Positions 8,533 to 17,522 of a stretch of DNA of 64,000 nucleotides are shown piece after piece. The notes beneath the pieces were generated by a model. The model did no database searches. It saw nothing but the letters and a program-made list of their open reading frames with translations, and had not been told where the DNA came from. Within the stretch, counting starts at the first letter, position 1. Every line of letters begins with the position of its first letter. A program made the translations under genes and the position numbers. This DNA is from an uncultured Verrucomicrobiota bacterium (lineage in GTDB: Bacteria; Verrucomicrobiota; Verrucomicrobiia; Limisphaerales; AAA164-E04), in the NCBI GenBank assembly GCA_902560705.1, contig CACEMW010000004.1, positions 878-64,877 of the forward strand, given 5' to 3'.

Positions 8533-11136
8533 TCAATTTTCTTTAACCCTCGGCTGAAGCAATTTGGCGATGAGCGCAGTCCAACCTGTCTGATGGCAAG
8601 CACCCACACCTCGGCCATTATCCCCGTGAAAATACTCATAAAACCAGATATAGTCATTGAACTTGTCGTCCGATTGAAGCTTCGGATGATGGAGGTAGAT
8701 TGGGCGAATGCCATTGGAGTTCTTTCGGAACAAGTCCCCTAAACGACCTGTAATATCTTCGGATATCGCTTCAAGCGTCATCCTTTGGGCAGAGTTTGTC
8801 GGCGATTCCAGTTTGAATTCGCTACCGTAATAATGATGGAATCGTTGCAGAGATTCGATAAGCAAAAAGTTTACCGGAAACCAGATCGGACCGCGCCAAT
8901 TCGAATTTCCACCAAACATATACGTATTGGATTCAGCAGGTTGATAATCTACTTGGGAATGACCATTGCAGTATTTGGTTCTTCCATTGCATTTTAAAAT
9001 GAACGGATCTTTTTCATGAGCCTTTGACATGGAGCGAATCCCATAAGGGGAAAGAAACTCCTCTTCATCCATCATTCGCCGAAGAAGAGATCTAAGCCGG
9101 TCTTCTCGCAAAAGGGAAAACAAATGACGATGCCCTCTACCTGGCTCGTTCCAACGGGAAACAAGGGATGCCAATTCCGGTCTATTTTTTAAAACCCAAT
9201 CAAGATATTCCTTGAATCTTGGTAATCTCTTGAGCAATTCGGGTTCAATTACTTCAACTGCAAAAATAGGAATCAGGCCAACCATTGACCGGACTCGAAG
9301 AGGGATCGGCTTTTCGTGGGGAAAATGCAAAAGGTCATAGAAAAATTGATCTTTTTCGTCCCACAGACCAATACCCGTTTCACCGATATTGGTCATCGCC
9401 TTTGCTATGGCGAGGAAATGGTTGAGAAACTTGATGGCGATTTCCTGGTAAACGGGGTTGTGCAACGCAAGTTCAAGTGCAATACGCATCATGTTGAGTG
9501 AATACATGGCCATCCAAGCCGTGCCATCTGCCTGATCCAGCTGCCCTCCTCCTGAAATAGGCTCACTCCTGTCAAAAACACCTACATTATCGAGGCCCAA
9601 GAAGCCTCCTTGAAAAATATTTCTATTGTCCGAATCTTTACGATTCACCCACCAAGTGAAATTTAAAAGCAGCTTGTGGAAAGCCTGTTCAAGAAATTTG
9701 CGGTCTTCAAAACCGTTACGTTTACGATCAATTTGATAGATTCTCCAAACACCCCAGGCGTGCACTGGAGGGTTGACATCCCCAAAAGCCCATTCGTAGG
9801 CAGGTATTTGACCATTGGGATGAAGATAATGATCTTTCAAAACCAATAACATCTGTTCCTTGGCAAATTCAGCGTCAATAAGTGCGAATGGAATACAATG
9901 GAAGGCTAGATCCCAGGCTGCATACCAGGGGTATTCCCACTTGTCTGGCATTGAAATAATATCTGCATTTTTTAAATGGAGCCACTCATGATTACGCCCA
10001 TGACGCCGTGAAGAAGGTGGCGGGGGCATCCCTAGGTCGCCATCCAACCAATCCTCGACATCGAAATAATAATATTGTTTCGACCAGATCAGCCCAGCAA
10101 AGGCCTGTCGCTGGATGGTGCGATCCTCGGCGCTGGTGATATCTGCCTGAAGCTTTGCATAAAAGCGATCTGCTGAACTCCTTATCTCAGAAAATGTTTT
10201 ATCAAATGCCTCAAATGGACTGGACAGCAGCTTCGGTACCATTCGAAATTTGAGTTTTTTAATCTCAGAGGGCTGAAGCTTAAGCCGATGCAATATGGCG
10301 GATTTACTGCCACGCTGATTCGGGTTCACTGCCTTGCGGTTACCTTGAATTAGGTAGTCATGAAAAGCGTCCTTCCAATAACCTTGAGTGTGTCGCTGCA
10401 GTGGGATTGGTGGCCGCGACTCATTTTCAGTAAAAAGTATCTCATCTGGGTCGATAGAATGAAAAAAAAGATCTCCGAGCCCATCATGATGCAAGCCAAC
10501 GCACGCACCATCGGTTTGTTGTATCACGGGTTTCTTCGGTCCTTTTTTGCCCCAAGACCAAATGTTTCGGAACCATACTTGTTGAAGGAAATCAAGTTTA
10601 GCAGGTTCTGGCCCATGATTGACGACGGTGACTTCGATCAAAAGATCTGCTGGTGAAGGACGACCATATTCGATAAATACATCAAAATATCGACCCTCAC
10701 TGAAAACACCTGTGTCTATCAATTCATATTCCGGACTCTGTTTCCCGGAACGGTTTTTCTCCAAAAGCTCTTGGTAAGGAAAGGGAGCTTGCGGGTATTT
10801 GTAGAGCATCTTGAGATAGTCGTGATTGGGTGTGGCATCAAGATAGTAATAAGCCTCTTTGACGTCTTCGCTATGGTTCCCCTCTGAGCCCGTTAGCCCG
10901 AATAGACGTTCCTTGAGTATCGGGTCTCGACCATTCCACAAACCAACTCCTAGGCACAGTAGTTGCTGATCATCGCTGAATCCTGCAATTCCATCCTCAC
11001 CCCACCTGTAAGAGCGACTGCGCGCCATGTCATGGCTCAAATAATCCCATGCCTTCCCGTTGGCACTATAATCCTCTCGAACCGTTCCCCACTGACGCTC
11101 GCTCAAATAAGGGCCCCACTTTTTCCACGCAGACAT
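8533..11136 (-). CDS. GH63-like (MGH1-type) glycoside hydrolase / glucosidase
   Basis: 867 aa. The N-terminus WGPYLSERQWGTVREDYS..G.AWDY..HD.ARSR.YRWGEDGIAG and the later (alpha/alpha)6-type region (WDLAFH, NPPVHAW, FQGGFLGLDN) match the widespread bacterial ~880-aa glucosidase family as I remember it. Confidence 0.7.
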   Translation of the reverse strand: MSAWKKWGPYLSERQWGTVREDYSANGKAWDYLSHDMARSRSYRWGEDGIAGFSDDQQLLCLGVGLWNGRDPILKERLFGLTGSEGNHSEDVKEAYYYLDATPNHDYLKMLYKYPQAPFPYQELLEKNRSGKQSPEYELIDTGVFSEGRYFDVFIEYGRPSPADLLIEVTVVNHGPEPAKLDFLQQVWFRNIWSWGKKGPKKPVIQQTDGACVGLHHDGLGDLFFHSIDPDEILFTENESRPPIPLQRHTQGYWKDAFHDYLIQGNRKAVNPNQRGSKSAILHRLKLQPSEIKKLKFRMVPKLLSSPFEAFDKTFSEIRSSADRFYAKLQADITSAEDRTIQRQAFAGLIWSKQYYYFDVEDWLDGDLGMPPPPSSRRHGRNHEWLHLKNADIISMPDKWEYPWYAAWDLAFHCIPFALIDAEFAKEQMLLVLKDHYLHPNGQIPAYEWAFGDVNPPVHAWGVWRIYQIDRKRNGFEDRKFLEQAFHKLLLNFTWWVNRKDSDNRNIFQGGFLGLDNVGVFDRSEPISGGGQLDQADGTAWMAMYSLNMMRIALELALHNPVYQEIAIKFLNHFLAIAKAMTNIGETGIGLWDEKDQFFYDLLHFPHEKPIPLRVRSMVGLIPIFAVEVIEPELLKRLPRFKEYLDWVLKNRPELASLVSRWNEPGRGHRHLFSLLREDRLRSLLRRMMDEEEFLSPYGIRSMSKAHEKDPFILKCNGRTKYCNGHSQVDYQPAESNTYMFGGNSNWRGPIWFPVNFLLIESLQRFHHYYGSEFKLESPTNSAQRMTLEAISEDITGRLGDLFRKNSNGIRPIYLHHPKLQSDDKFNDYIWFYEYFHGDNGRGVGACHQTGWTALIAKLLQPRVKEN

Positions 11137-11266
11137 ATTAGACTCAAGTTACAAAGATATTTAACAAACGAAAATATGATTTCTGTTTTCCATTGAATCC
11201 TCAAAAACTAGGGGGCTCAATCGGAGATTGTGTTTTATGGCCCACCCTCAAGGAGAGCCTTACCTT

Positions 11267-11336
11267 CCCCACATCTACTTTTGCTGGATTTTTCCACTCA
11301 TGCAAAGTTCTCATTTCCACTGACTGGCATAGGCAC
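11267..11336. repeat. 70-nt repeat copy 2 (direct orientation relative to copy 1)
   Basis: ccccacatctacttttgctggatttttccactcatgcaaagttctcatttccactgactggcataggcac. The loop sequence is conserved, and two stem positions changed on both arms (t:a to g:c, a:t to c:g). Confidence 0.65.
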
Positions 11337-11516
11337 CCGTTCCCAAGTAATGTTATTTTACAAAAAAGCGTCTCAGCACGGCACACATCTAGAGGGTTCA
11401 AAAGGACCGCTACTGCCCGTGGTAGTTCCAAAGATTCGATTTCTTTTCCAAAAGAGGCCATTATTACGCTATTCTTTTCATTTAATTTTTATCCCCATTC
11501 TGCTATTATCAAACGT

Positions 11517-13439
11517 ATGCTTTCTTCACGCAGTCAAAGGATGCGCCTCCTCAGGGTTGCCGCCTTGACCTGTGCTCTATATTGCTCGCTGGTTTTGGGG
11601 GGAAAGGGCGAGAGCGAAGAGGACCTCAGACTGGAGGCCAAAAAGACCTTCAAGGAAAACGTGGAACCTTTCGTCAAGCAATACTGCACGCGTTGCCACG
11701 GAGGGGGAAGGGCTAAGGCAAATGTCAATCTTGAGGTTGATCTGAAGGCACCCGGGCGTGGCGTTGCCTTCCTTCATTGGAAAAAGGCGGTGGCCAATGT
11801 CAAGGTTCATGACATGCCACCCGAAGATGCCGCCAAACAACCCAGCAAAGAAGAACGGCTTCAATTCATTGAGTGGATTGATCAACTCAAGTATCTGAGC
11901 CCTGTAAATCCAGGCCCCTTTGTGATTCGTCGCCTGTCCACCACCGAATATGGCAACACCTTGCGCGATCTGTATGGTGTCGATCCGTCCATTGCAGCCC
12001 CCCTCCCGGAGGAGGTCCTTGGCGAGGGCTACCTGAATTCCATCTCCCCCATGCAATCTGAATTGTTCCTCGATCTTGCCAACAGGGTTGTGGAGCAGGT
12101 GGTGGCACCCGAGGGCAAAAGAGCGACAGACGTCCAGAGGCGCCTGTTTGGCAAAAAAACCCGTAAGGAGGAGGAGTATCAATATGCAGCTCGGGAGGTG
12201 GCGCGCAACCTGGCTAGGGATGCGTATCGGCGCCCTCCCACCAAAACGGAGCTGGACGTTCTCATGGATGTGTTTGGCCTGGCTCAAACCGAAGGCCTGG
12301 ATTACACGGCATCGCTTGCCATGATGCTCAAGGCGGTTCTGATTTCTCCGCAGTTTCTTTTTATCACGCCTTCCACGGAGATTTCAGCGGAGCAGGAGAT
12401 TGTACCCCTAGACGATCATCAACTGGCCTCCCGGTTATCGTATTTGCTCTGGGCATCTCCGCCAGACACAAAATTGTCAACCCTTGCCGACCAAGGGAAG
12501 CTCCACCATCCCAAAATTCTTCGAGCTCAGATAAAGAGACTCCTCAAGCACCCTCGCGCTAGGGCTTTGTTTGACGGGTTCGGCGCTCAGTGGTTGAGGG
12601 TAACTGATTTGAGACGCCAGGTTTTTGACCCAGAGCTCTTTCCTCAGATGACAGTGCAAATGAGGGAAGCCATGACGGATGAGCCTCGATTGCTTTTCGA
12701 AAACATCGTTCAAAAAAACCATCGAGTCATCCGTTTCATTGACTGTGATTACACTTATGTCAATGAACCACTCGCCAACCTGTATGGGATCAAAAAACAT
12801 ATCCGCGGGCCAAGGATGCGGCGTATCCAACTCGATAACCCCAACCGAGGCGGCATCCTTGGCATGTCGGCCACGCTGGCAGCCACTTCATTTCCTAACC
12901 GGACCAGCCCCGTTCGTCGGGGGGTCTGGGTGCTCGAACAGGTGCTTGGGGAACGCATCCCACCACCACCGCCAGATATTCCCGAGCTCAAGGATAAAGA
13001 ACACCCGGATGTAAAAGGCCTGACGCTTCGACAGAGAACAGAAGCCCACACCTCCGATCCCACTTGCGCCACTTGCCACAGGGTGCTAGACCCCATCGGC
13101 TTTGGCTTGGAAAACTTTGACGCCATCGGACGATGGCGCGAGGAGAATCATGAAGGAACCCCCATCGATTCAGCTGGGGAACTGCCCTCTGGTGAGACCT
13201 TCTCCTCCCCGGCCGAATTGAAAAATCTCCTGAAAACACGGGAGCCCGAATTGGCTCGGAACCTGACCGAACGATTCATGGCCTATGCCCTTGGCCGACA
13301 TCTGGAAGGTTATGACGAAGTCGTCATTGACCAACTAATGGCAAGGATTGCTGAAGACGACTACCGCGCACAGACCATCCTCACAGAGGTCATCACCAGT
13401 TATCTTTTCACTCATCGAGCCGTCGAAAAAATACTATAG
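11517..13439 (+). CDS. secreted DUF1587/DUF1592/DUF1595/DUF1588/DUF1585-family protein with an N-terminal CXXCH (PSCyt3-like)
   Basis: The ATG at 11517 gives a signal peptide ([20 protein letters not shown]). Motifs: [55 protein letters not shown] and [26 protein letters not shown]. Confidence 0.8.
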   Translation: MLSSRSQRMRLLRVAALTCALYCSLVLGGKGESEEDLRLEAKKTFKENVEPFVKQYCTRCHGGGRAKANVNLEVDLKAPGRGVAFLHWKKAVANVKVHDMPPEDAAKQPSKEERLQFIEWIDQLKYLSPVNPGPFVIRRLSTTEYGNTLRDLYGVDPSIAAPLPEEVLGEGYLNSISPMQSELFLDLANRVVEQVVAPEGKRATDVQRRLFGKKTRKEEEYQYAAREVARNLARDAYRRPPTKTELDVLMDVFGLAQTEGLDYTASLAMMLKAVLISPQFLFITPSTEISAEQEIVPLDDHQLASRLSYLLWASPPDTKLSTLADQGKLHHPKILRAQIKRLLKHPRARALFDGFGAQWLRVTDLRRQVFDPELFPQMTVQMREAMTDEPRLLFENIVQKNHRVIRFIDCDYTYVNEPLANLYGIKKHIRGPRMRRIQLDNPNRGGILGMSATLAATSFPNRTSPVRRGVWVLEQVLGERIPPPPPDIPELKDKEHPDVKGLTLRQRTEAHTSDPTCATCHRVLDPIGFGLENFDAIGRWREENHEGTPIDSAGELPSGETFSSPAELKNLLKTREPELARNLTERFMAYALGRHLEGYDEVVIDQLMARIAEDDYRAQTILTEVITSYLFTHRAVEKIL

Positions 13440-13461
13440 TCTCCCCTAACCACATAACATC

Positions 13462-14835
13462 ATGAACACCACAGAAGCCTTACATGCCCTCGACCGCCGC
13501 AGTTTCCTACGGGGCGTCGGCGTCACTCTCGCACTGCCGCTGATGGATTCATTTGCCTCTGCTGCCACACTCGCCAAACCACCCGTAAGGCTCGCCTTCA
13601 TGTACATGCCGCACGGCGTCATCATGGATCAATTCTGGCCGTCCAATCAGGAAACTTTCCTGAATGCACCCCCACCCATCATTCAGTCGCTGCAACCCGT
13701 CATCGATCAGTGCCTAATGATGAAAGGTATCTCGGGTGTTCCGATTGCGCCTTTCAACGGTGCCCCACATGCCCTTGAGTTATCGACCTGGCTGACCGGG
13801 AGGTTGCCCGACGCCGACTCGCGCGATCGCATCAACATTTCCATTTCGGCAGATCAGATCATGGCCAATTATGTGGGTGCTCAAACCTTGCTCCCCTCGC
13901 TTGAGCTGGCCACTATGCCGCAGACTTGGAAGGAGAATCAGGAAGGTCTGCATGAAGGCTACTACAATCACTGCAGTTTTAGATCTCCCACACAACCTGT
14001 GCCCGCTGAGACCGATCCCCGCAACGTCTTGAACCGGCTTTTCGGAAAACGCGGTAAAGACGCTAAAACCTCCCAGACCAACCCTCTGGACCGTAAGATG
14101 CTGGACCGAGTTCTCGAGGGTGCTCGTGACCTGCGTCGCACCCTGGCCCGGGGGGATCAGGAAAAGCTCGACGAATACTTGGACAGTGTGCGCTCGGTAG
14201 AACGCCGCATTGCGGCCATCGAAAGTCGCCAACAGGAAGCGGCTCTGGAGAAAAACGGAGTCCGCCCATCCAGACGCCACGCCACCGATTCAGCGCCCAT
14301 TGAAGTGAAAATCCCTGAGGGAGACAAACGCAGTGATTACATGAAGGTCATGTGCGATCTCACCGTCCTCGCCTTCCAGACCGATACCACTCGGGTGAGC
14401 ACCTATGTGGGATCGCGACCCAATGGGGCCTCTTACCCTGAACTTGGGTTCTCCAATCAGCACCACTCGCAAACCCACTATGGCAGCGATCAGGAAAAGA
14501 TTCGTAAGGTGGCAGCCATCAATCAATTCAACGTCGACCAATACGCTTATATGGTAAGGAAGATGAGCACGCTGAAAGAAGGTGAAGGCACCTTGCTCGA
14601 CAACTGCATCATGATGTGGGGTTCGGGGCTCGAAGACGGTGACAAGCACAAACGCGAAAACCTTCCTTTCATCATAGCAGGCAAAGGTGGGGGCTCTATC
14701 AAAACGGGACATTTTCTTACGGATATCCATGGAAATCAAGGGGATCTGCTTACGACCCTGCTTTCCTGCGCGGGCATCCCCCTCGACCGCTCGATTGGCA
14801 TTGCCACCAAACAAATCAATGAAATGAAGGCTTGA
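13462..14835 (+). CDS. DUF1552-family protein with Tat-type signal
   Basis: Contains [21 protein letters not shown], then [17 protein letters not shown] and [11 protein letters not shown]. It is the usual partner of the upstream DUF1592-type gene. Confidence 0.8.
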   Translation: MNTTEALHALDRRSFLRGVGVTLALPLMDSFASAATLAKPPVRLAFMYMPHGVIMDQFWPSNQETFLNAPPPIIQSLQPVIDQCLMMKGISGVPIAPFNGAPHALELSTWLTGRLPDADSRDRINISISADQIMANYVGAQTLLPSLELATMPQTWKENQEGLHEGYYNHCSFRSPTQPVPAETDPRNVLNRLFGKRGKDAKTSQTNPLDRKMLDRVLEGARDLRRTLARGDQEKLDEYLDSVRSVERRIAAIESRQQEAALEKNGVRPSRRHATDSAPIEVKIPEGDKRSDYMKVMCDLTVLAFQTDTTRVSTYVGSRPNGASYPELGFSNQHHSQTHYGSDQEKIRKVAAINQFNVDQYAYMVRKMSTLKEGEGTLLDNCIMMWGSGLEDGDKHKRENLPFIIAGKGGGSIKTGHFLTDIHGNQGDLLTTLLSCAGIPLDRSIGIATKQINEMKA

Positions 14836-14879
14836 GTGCAAATATTTTGCCCACCAGAATCAAACCTAAACTGAAACTC

Positions 14880-15623
14880 ATGAAACCGAAACTGTTTCGC
14901 CGTAACGAGGCCTTCACCCTGATTGAACTCTTGGTAGTGATTGCCATAATCGCCATTCTGGCCGGCATGCTTCTGCCTGCCCTCTCCAAAGCCAAGGAAA
15001 AAGTTCGACGGATCAGTTGTCTCAACAACCTCAAGCAAATGGGATTGGGTTCGATGATGTATGGGCAGGACAACGACAAGGGATGGCTCTCGGGCACTCC
15101 GGACGATGGAAGCGACGATTTGTCCTGGCTGCACCCGACCTACATTCCAAGCGCCAATGCACAGTCGGTTTTCGTCTGCCCTTCCACCCAGAATTTCATT
15201 GGCACCAACACGGTCAGGATTCGTGGCAAAACAGTCTTGGCCGACTTACTCCGGCAAGCACCCTACAAACGCATGCGCAGCAGTCGAACGCGTGAGGCTG
15301 ACTTGCGTGGAGTGAGCTACGAGATTAATGCCTTCATGAACTTCAAGACCCGCAAAACCGAGCGATCGGTCCTCAATTGGGTGCACAAGGGGTCTGCCCT
15401 GGGCTTGAAAGGCAGAGTCGTGGGGCCCTCGGACATTTATTTGATTTTCGATGGTGACGGCCAGGGAGACGGAGCCCGCAACAATTATCCCGACCCCAAC
15501 GACAATCATGGCGAAGCTGGTACCAACTTTCAGATGTGCGATGGCAGTGCGAAATGGGTGCGGAAGGAAAACTACCTCCTCACCTACGAACTCTCTCAGG
15601 ACGAAAATCGATCCAGGCCTTGA
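14880..15623 (+). CDS. prepilin-type N-terminal cleavage/methylation domain protein, HX9DG (DUF1559-like) family
   Basis: Contains [30 protein letters not shown] and a C-terminal [18 protein letters not shown] (H-x9-DG). Confidence 0.75.
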   Translation: MKPKLFRRNEAFTLIELLVVIAIIAILAGMLLPALSKAKEKVRRISCLNNLKQMGLGSMMYGQDNDKGWLSGTPDDGSDDLSWLHPTYIPSANAQSVFVCPSTQNFIGTNTVRIRGKTVLADLLRQAPYKRMRSSRTREADLRGVSYEINAFMNFKTRKTERSVLNWVHKGSALGLKGRVVGPSDIYLIFDGDGQGDGARNNYPDPNDNHGEAGTNFQMCDGSAKWVRKENYLLTYELSQDENRSRP

Positions 15624-15832
15624 GAAGCTTTAAGCAGCACGGGGGAGCAGGCTTAAAACCGCCAGAATTGGGCACTCGTAAGGTACCACGAATGGATATC
15701 CCTACGCAGGGCTGACTATATGAGCATCAACCCCATGGTAAAGGCTCCATGCCAGAATTTAGCTTTCCAAAAGCCCGACTCCAGAGGAATTACTGAGAGG
15801 GAAACCTGAGATTCTGGAGCTCCAGAACACCT

Positions 15833-16525
15833 CTAGAGATTTTGCTTCCAGAGAATCAAGTCATTGGAAAGTTCGTTTTCATCACTTGGCTTTAATGGGT
15901 AATGTTGGCGAAGTTTTTGACCACAAAGGCGAATGCCTTCCACCAGACCGTCTCCAAACTGGTTTGCCCTAAAGCCATCAATGATGGCATTCTTTACCTC
16001 CACAAAATCTTCATTCTTAAAATGCTTATTGATATCGGCATCGCCCATGACGAACACCATGCGCTCGAATGACGAAATAAAGATTATGACGCCTGTGGCA
16101 CCTTGGGTTCTTCCAACCCGATGGATTTGAAAAGCCTGAATTGCTCGTTCTCTGAGGCAGGATTCCATTTCCCTTTGGGAACAGAAAAGACGCCGGATCC
16201 ACCAGACACGACTTGCGAGAAAGGATCCACCGACAAATCCCAAAATAAGTATCAAAAGAATCTCAGACAATCCTAGCTGGAGGCTCGGACCACGCTGGGT
16301 ATGCCATGAGCCGTCCTCTAAAACGTCCTGAAAATTAAACCAGCAAACACTGAGCAGCCCAATGGACAAAACGAAGCCTGCAAGATCCTCCGCACGATTA
16401 TATTGACCACTGCTCTCTGTAAGCACAGGGACGATTTCTGCAGAGGTGTAAGTTTCAGCTTCAGAAACGGCCTCTCGAATGCGTCTCTTATCACTGTCGT
16501 CAAAAAAAGTATCGATATTTTTCAT
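15833..16525 (-). CDS. TPM-domain membrane protein
   Basis: The internal ATG at 16525 lies 4 nt after the upstream stop. Contains IREAVSEAETYTSAEIVPVL, two TM helices and then GATGVIIFISSFERMVFVMGD, a TPM/TLP18.3-like pattern. Confidence 0.55.
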   Translation of the reverse strand: MKNIDTFFDDSDKRRIREAVSEAETYTSAEIVPVLTESSGQYNRAEDLAGFVLSIGLLSVCWFNFQDVLEDGSWHTQRGPSLQLGLSEILLILILGFVGGSFLASRVWWIRRLFCSQREMESCLRERAIQAFQIHRVGRTQGATGVIIFISSFERMVFVMGDADINKHFKNEDFVEVKNAIIDGFRANQFGDGLVEGIRLCGQKLRQHYPLKPSDENELSNDLILWKQNL

Positions 16526-16529
16526 GCTC

Positions 16530-17342
16530 TTACCAGGAACCAGTCGCACCACCGCCACCAGAAAATCCACCACCAAAACTACCACCACCAAATCCATCAC
16601 TGTCACCAGAAGACGTGAGGATGACGTAAAATAGCCATCCAAGAATGGAAAAGACGGCCGTCCAAAATAGCCAAGCCCAACCAGAACTACCACGTCGGAT
16701 AAGCGACACGAAGGTGAAGCCGGCCAGGATGGGTAGCAAAACCATCAGTGCATAATGCCACGAAGGCCTGGGTGGAGCCGTTACGGTCTCTCCCAGAGCC
16801 ATTTGCGCCAAGGCGCGCGTCCCAGCCAGAATTCCCCCTTCGTAATCGCCCGCTTTGAAAAATGGAATGATGTGCTCGCTCATGATCGAGGCACAGAGAG
16901 AATCTTTTGCCCTACCAAACCCGGCACCCAATTCAATACGAGCTTTACGATCATCCACCGCGACCAACAAAAGGATACCCTTATTCCAATCAATATCCTC
17001 TGACCTCCCAACCCCCGCACCCCTGACAGTGACGCGTTGATGACCAATCCCCCACTCATCGTAGAGAATGCGTGCATAGGTCTCGATGGACATGCTGCCA
17101 GCCCCGTAGTCGTGCTGACTACCAATACCCACAACAATGATGGGAATAGCTCTCTCTTTGAGCACCTCTGTAAGTCGCACCTCAAGCTCAGACGCTGAAT
17201 CGGCCGAAAGAAGACTTGCTTCATCCGAAATGAAAGAGTCACCCGAGGGCTTTGGAGGAAAGCGAACCTTCGCCTCTGCAAATTCGGGAAGACCAAATAA
17301 GAAGATAGTCAAGAGGATGAGTTTCAGTAGGAAATGGCCCAT
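16530..17342 (-). CDS. TPM-domain protein, YgcG-like (signal peptide, C-terminal TM and Gly-rich tail)
   Basis: Signal peptide, then ISDEASLLSADSASELEVRL...IPIIVVGIGS and LLLVAVDDRKARIELG. The C-terminal TM helices are followed by GGGSFGGGFSGGGGATGSW. Confidence 0.7.
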   Translation of the reverse strand: MGHFLLKLILLTIFLFGLPEFAEAKVRFPPKPSGDSFISDEASLLSADSASELEVRLTEVLKERAIPIIVVGIGSQHDYGAGSMSIETYARILYDEWGIGHQRVTVRGAGVGRSEDIDWNKGILLLVAVDDRKARIELGAGFGRAKDSLCASIMSEHIIPFFKAGDYEGGILAGTRALAQMALGETVTAPPRPSWHYALMVLLPILAGFTFVSLIRRGSSGWAWLFWTAVFSILGWLFYVILTSSGDSDGFGGGSFGGGFSGGGGATGSW

Positions 17343-17522
17343 GGGAGCGGACAGAGTTTGGGAAAAAAGGATCGTTAACAGAAACCCCTTGATTGTAAAT
17401 TACATAATTCCGATGGCAGTGTAAGCGGTTAAGCAGTCGCGTAATAAACCCCACTTTACCAGCCAACTATAAACACACACCAAAGGTGAACACCGATAGA
17501 AGCGCGGTCTCAGTCAATCGAG

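Noticed and set aside
11193-11516. N-terminal 108-aa extension of the DUF1592-type ORF. Similar extensions occur at 34294, 45466, 40839, 39808, 32139, 16693, 23405 and 6537.
   Set aside because: The extensions run through intergenic or upstream-gene sequence and precede an internal ATG that yields a proper signal peptide or matches the paralogue start. The shorter starts were used.
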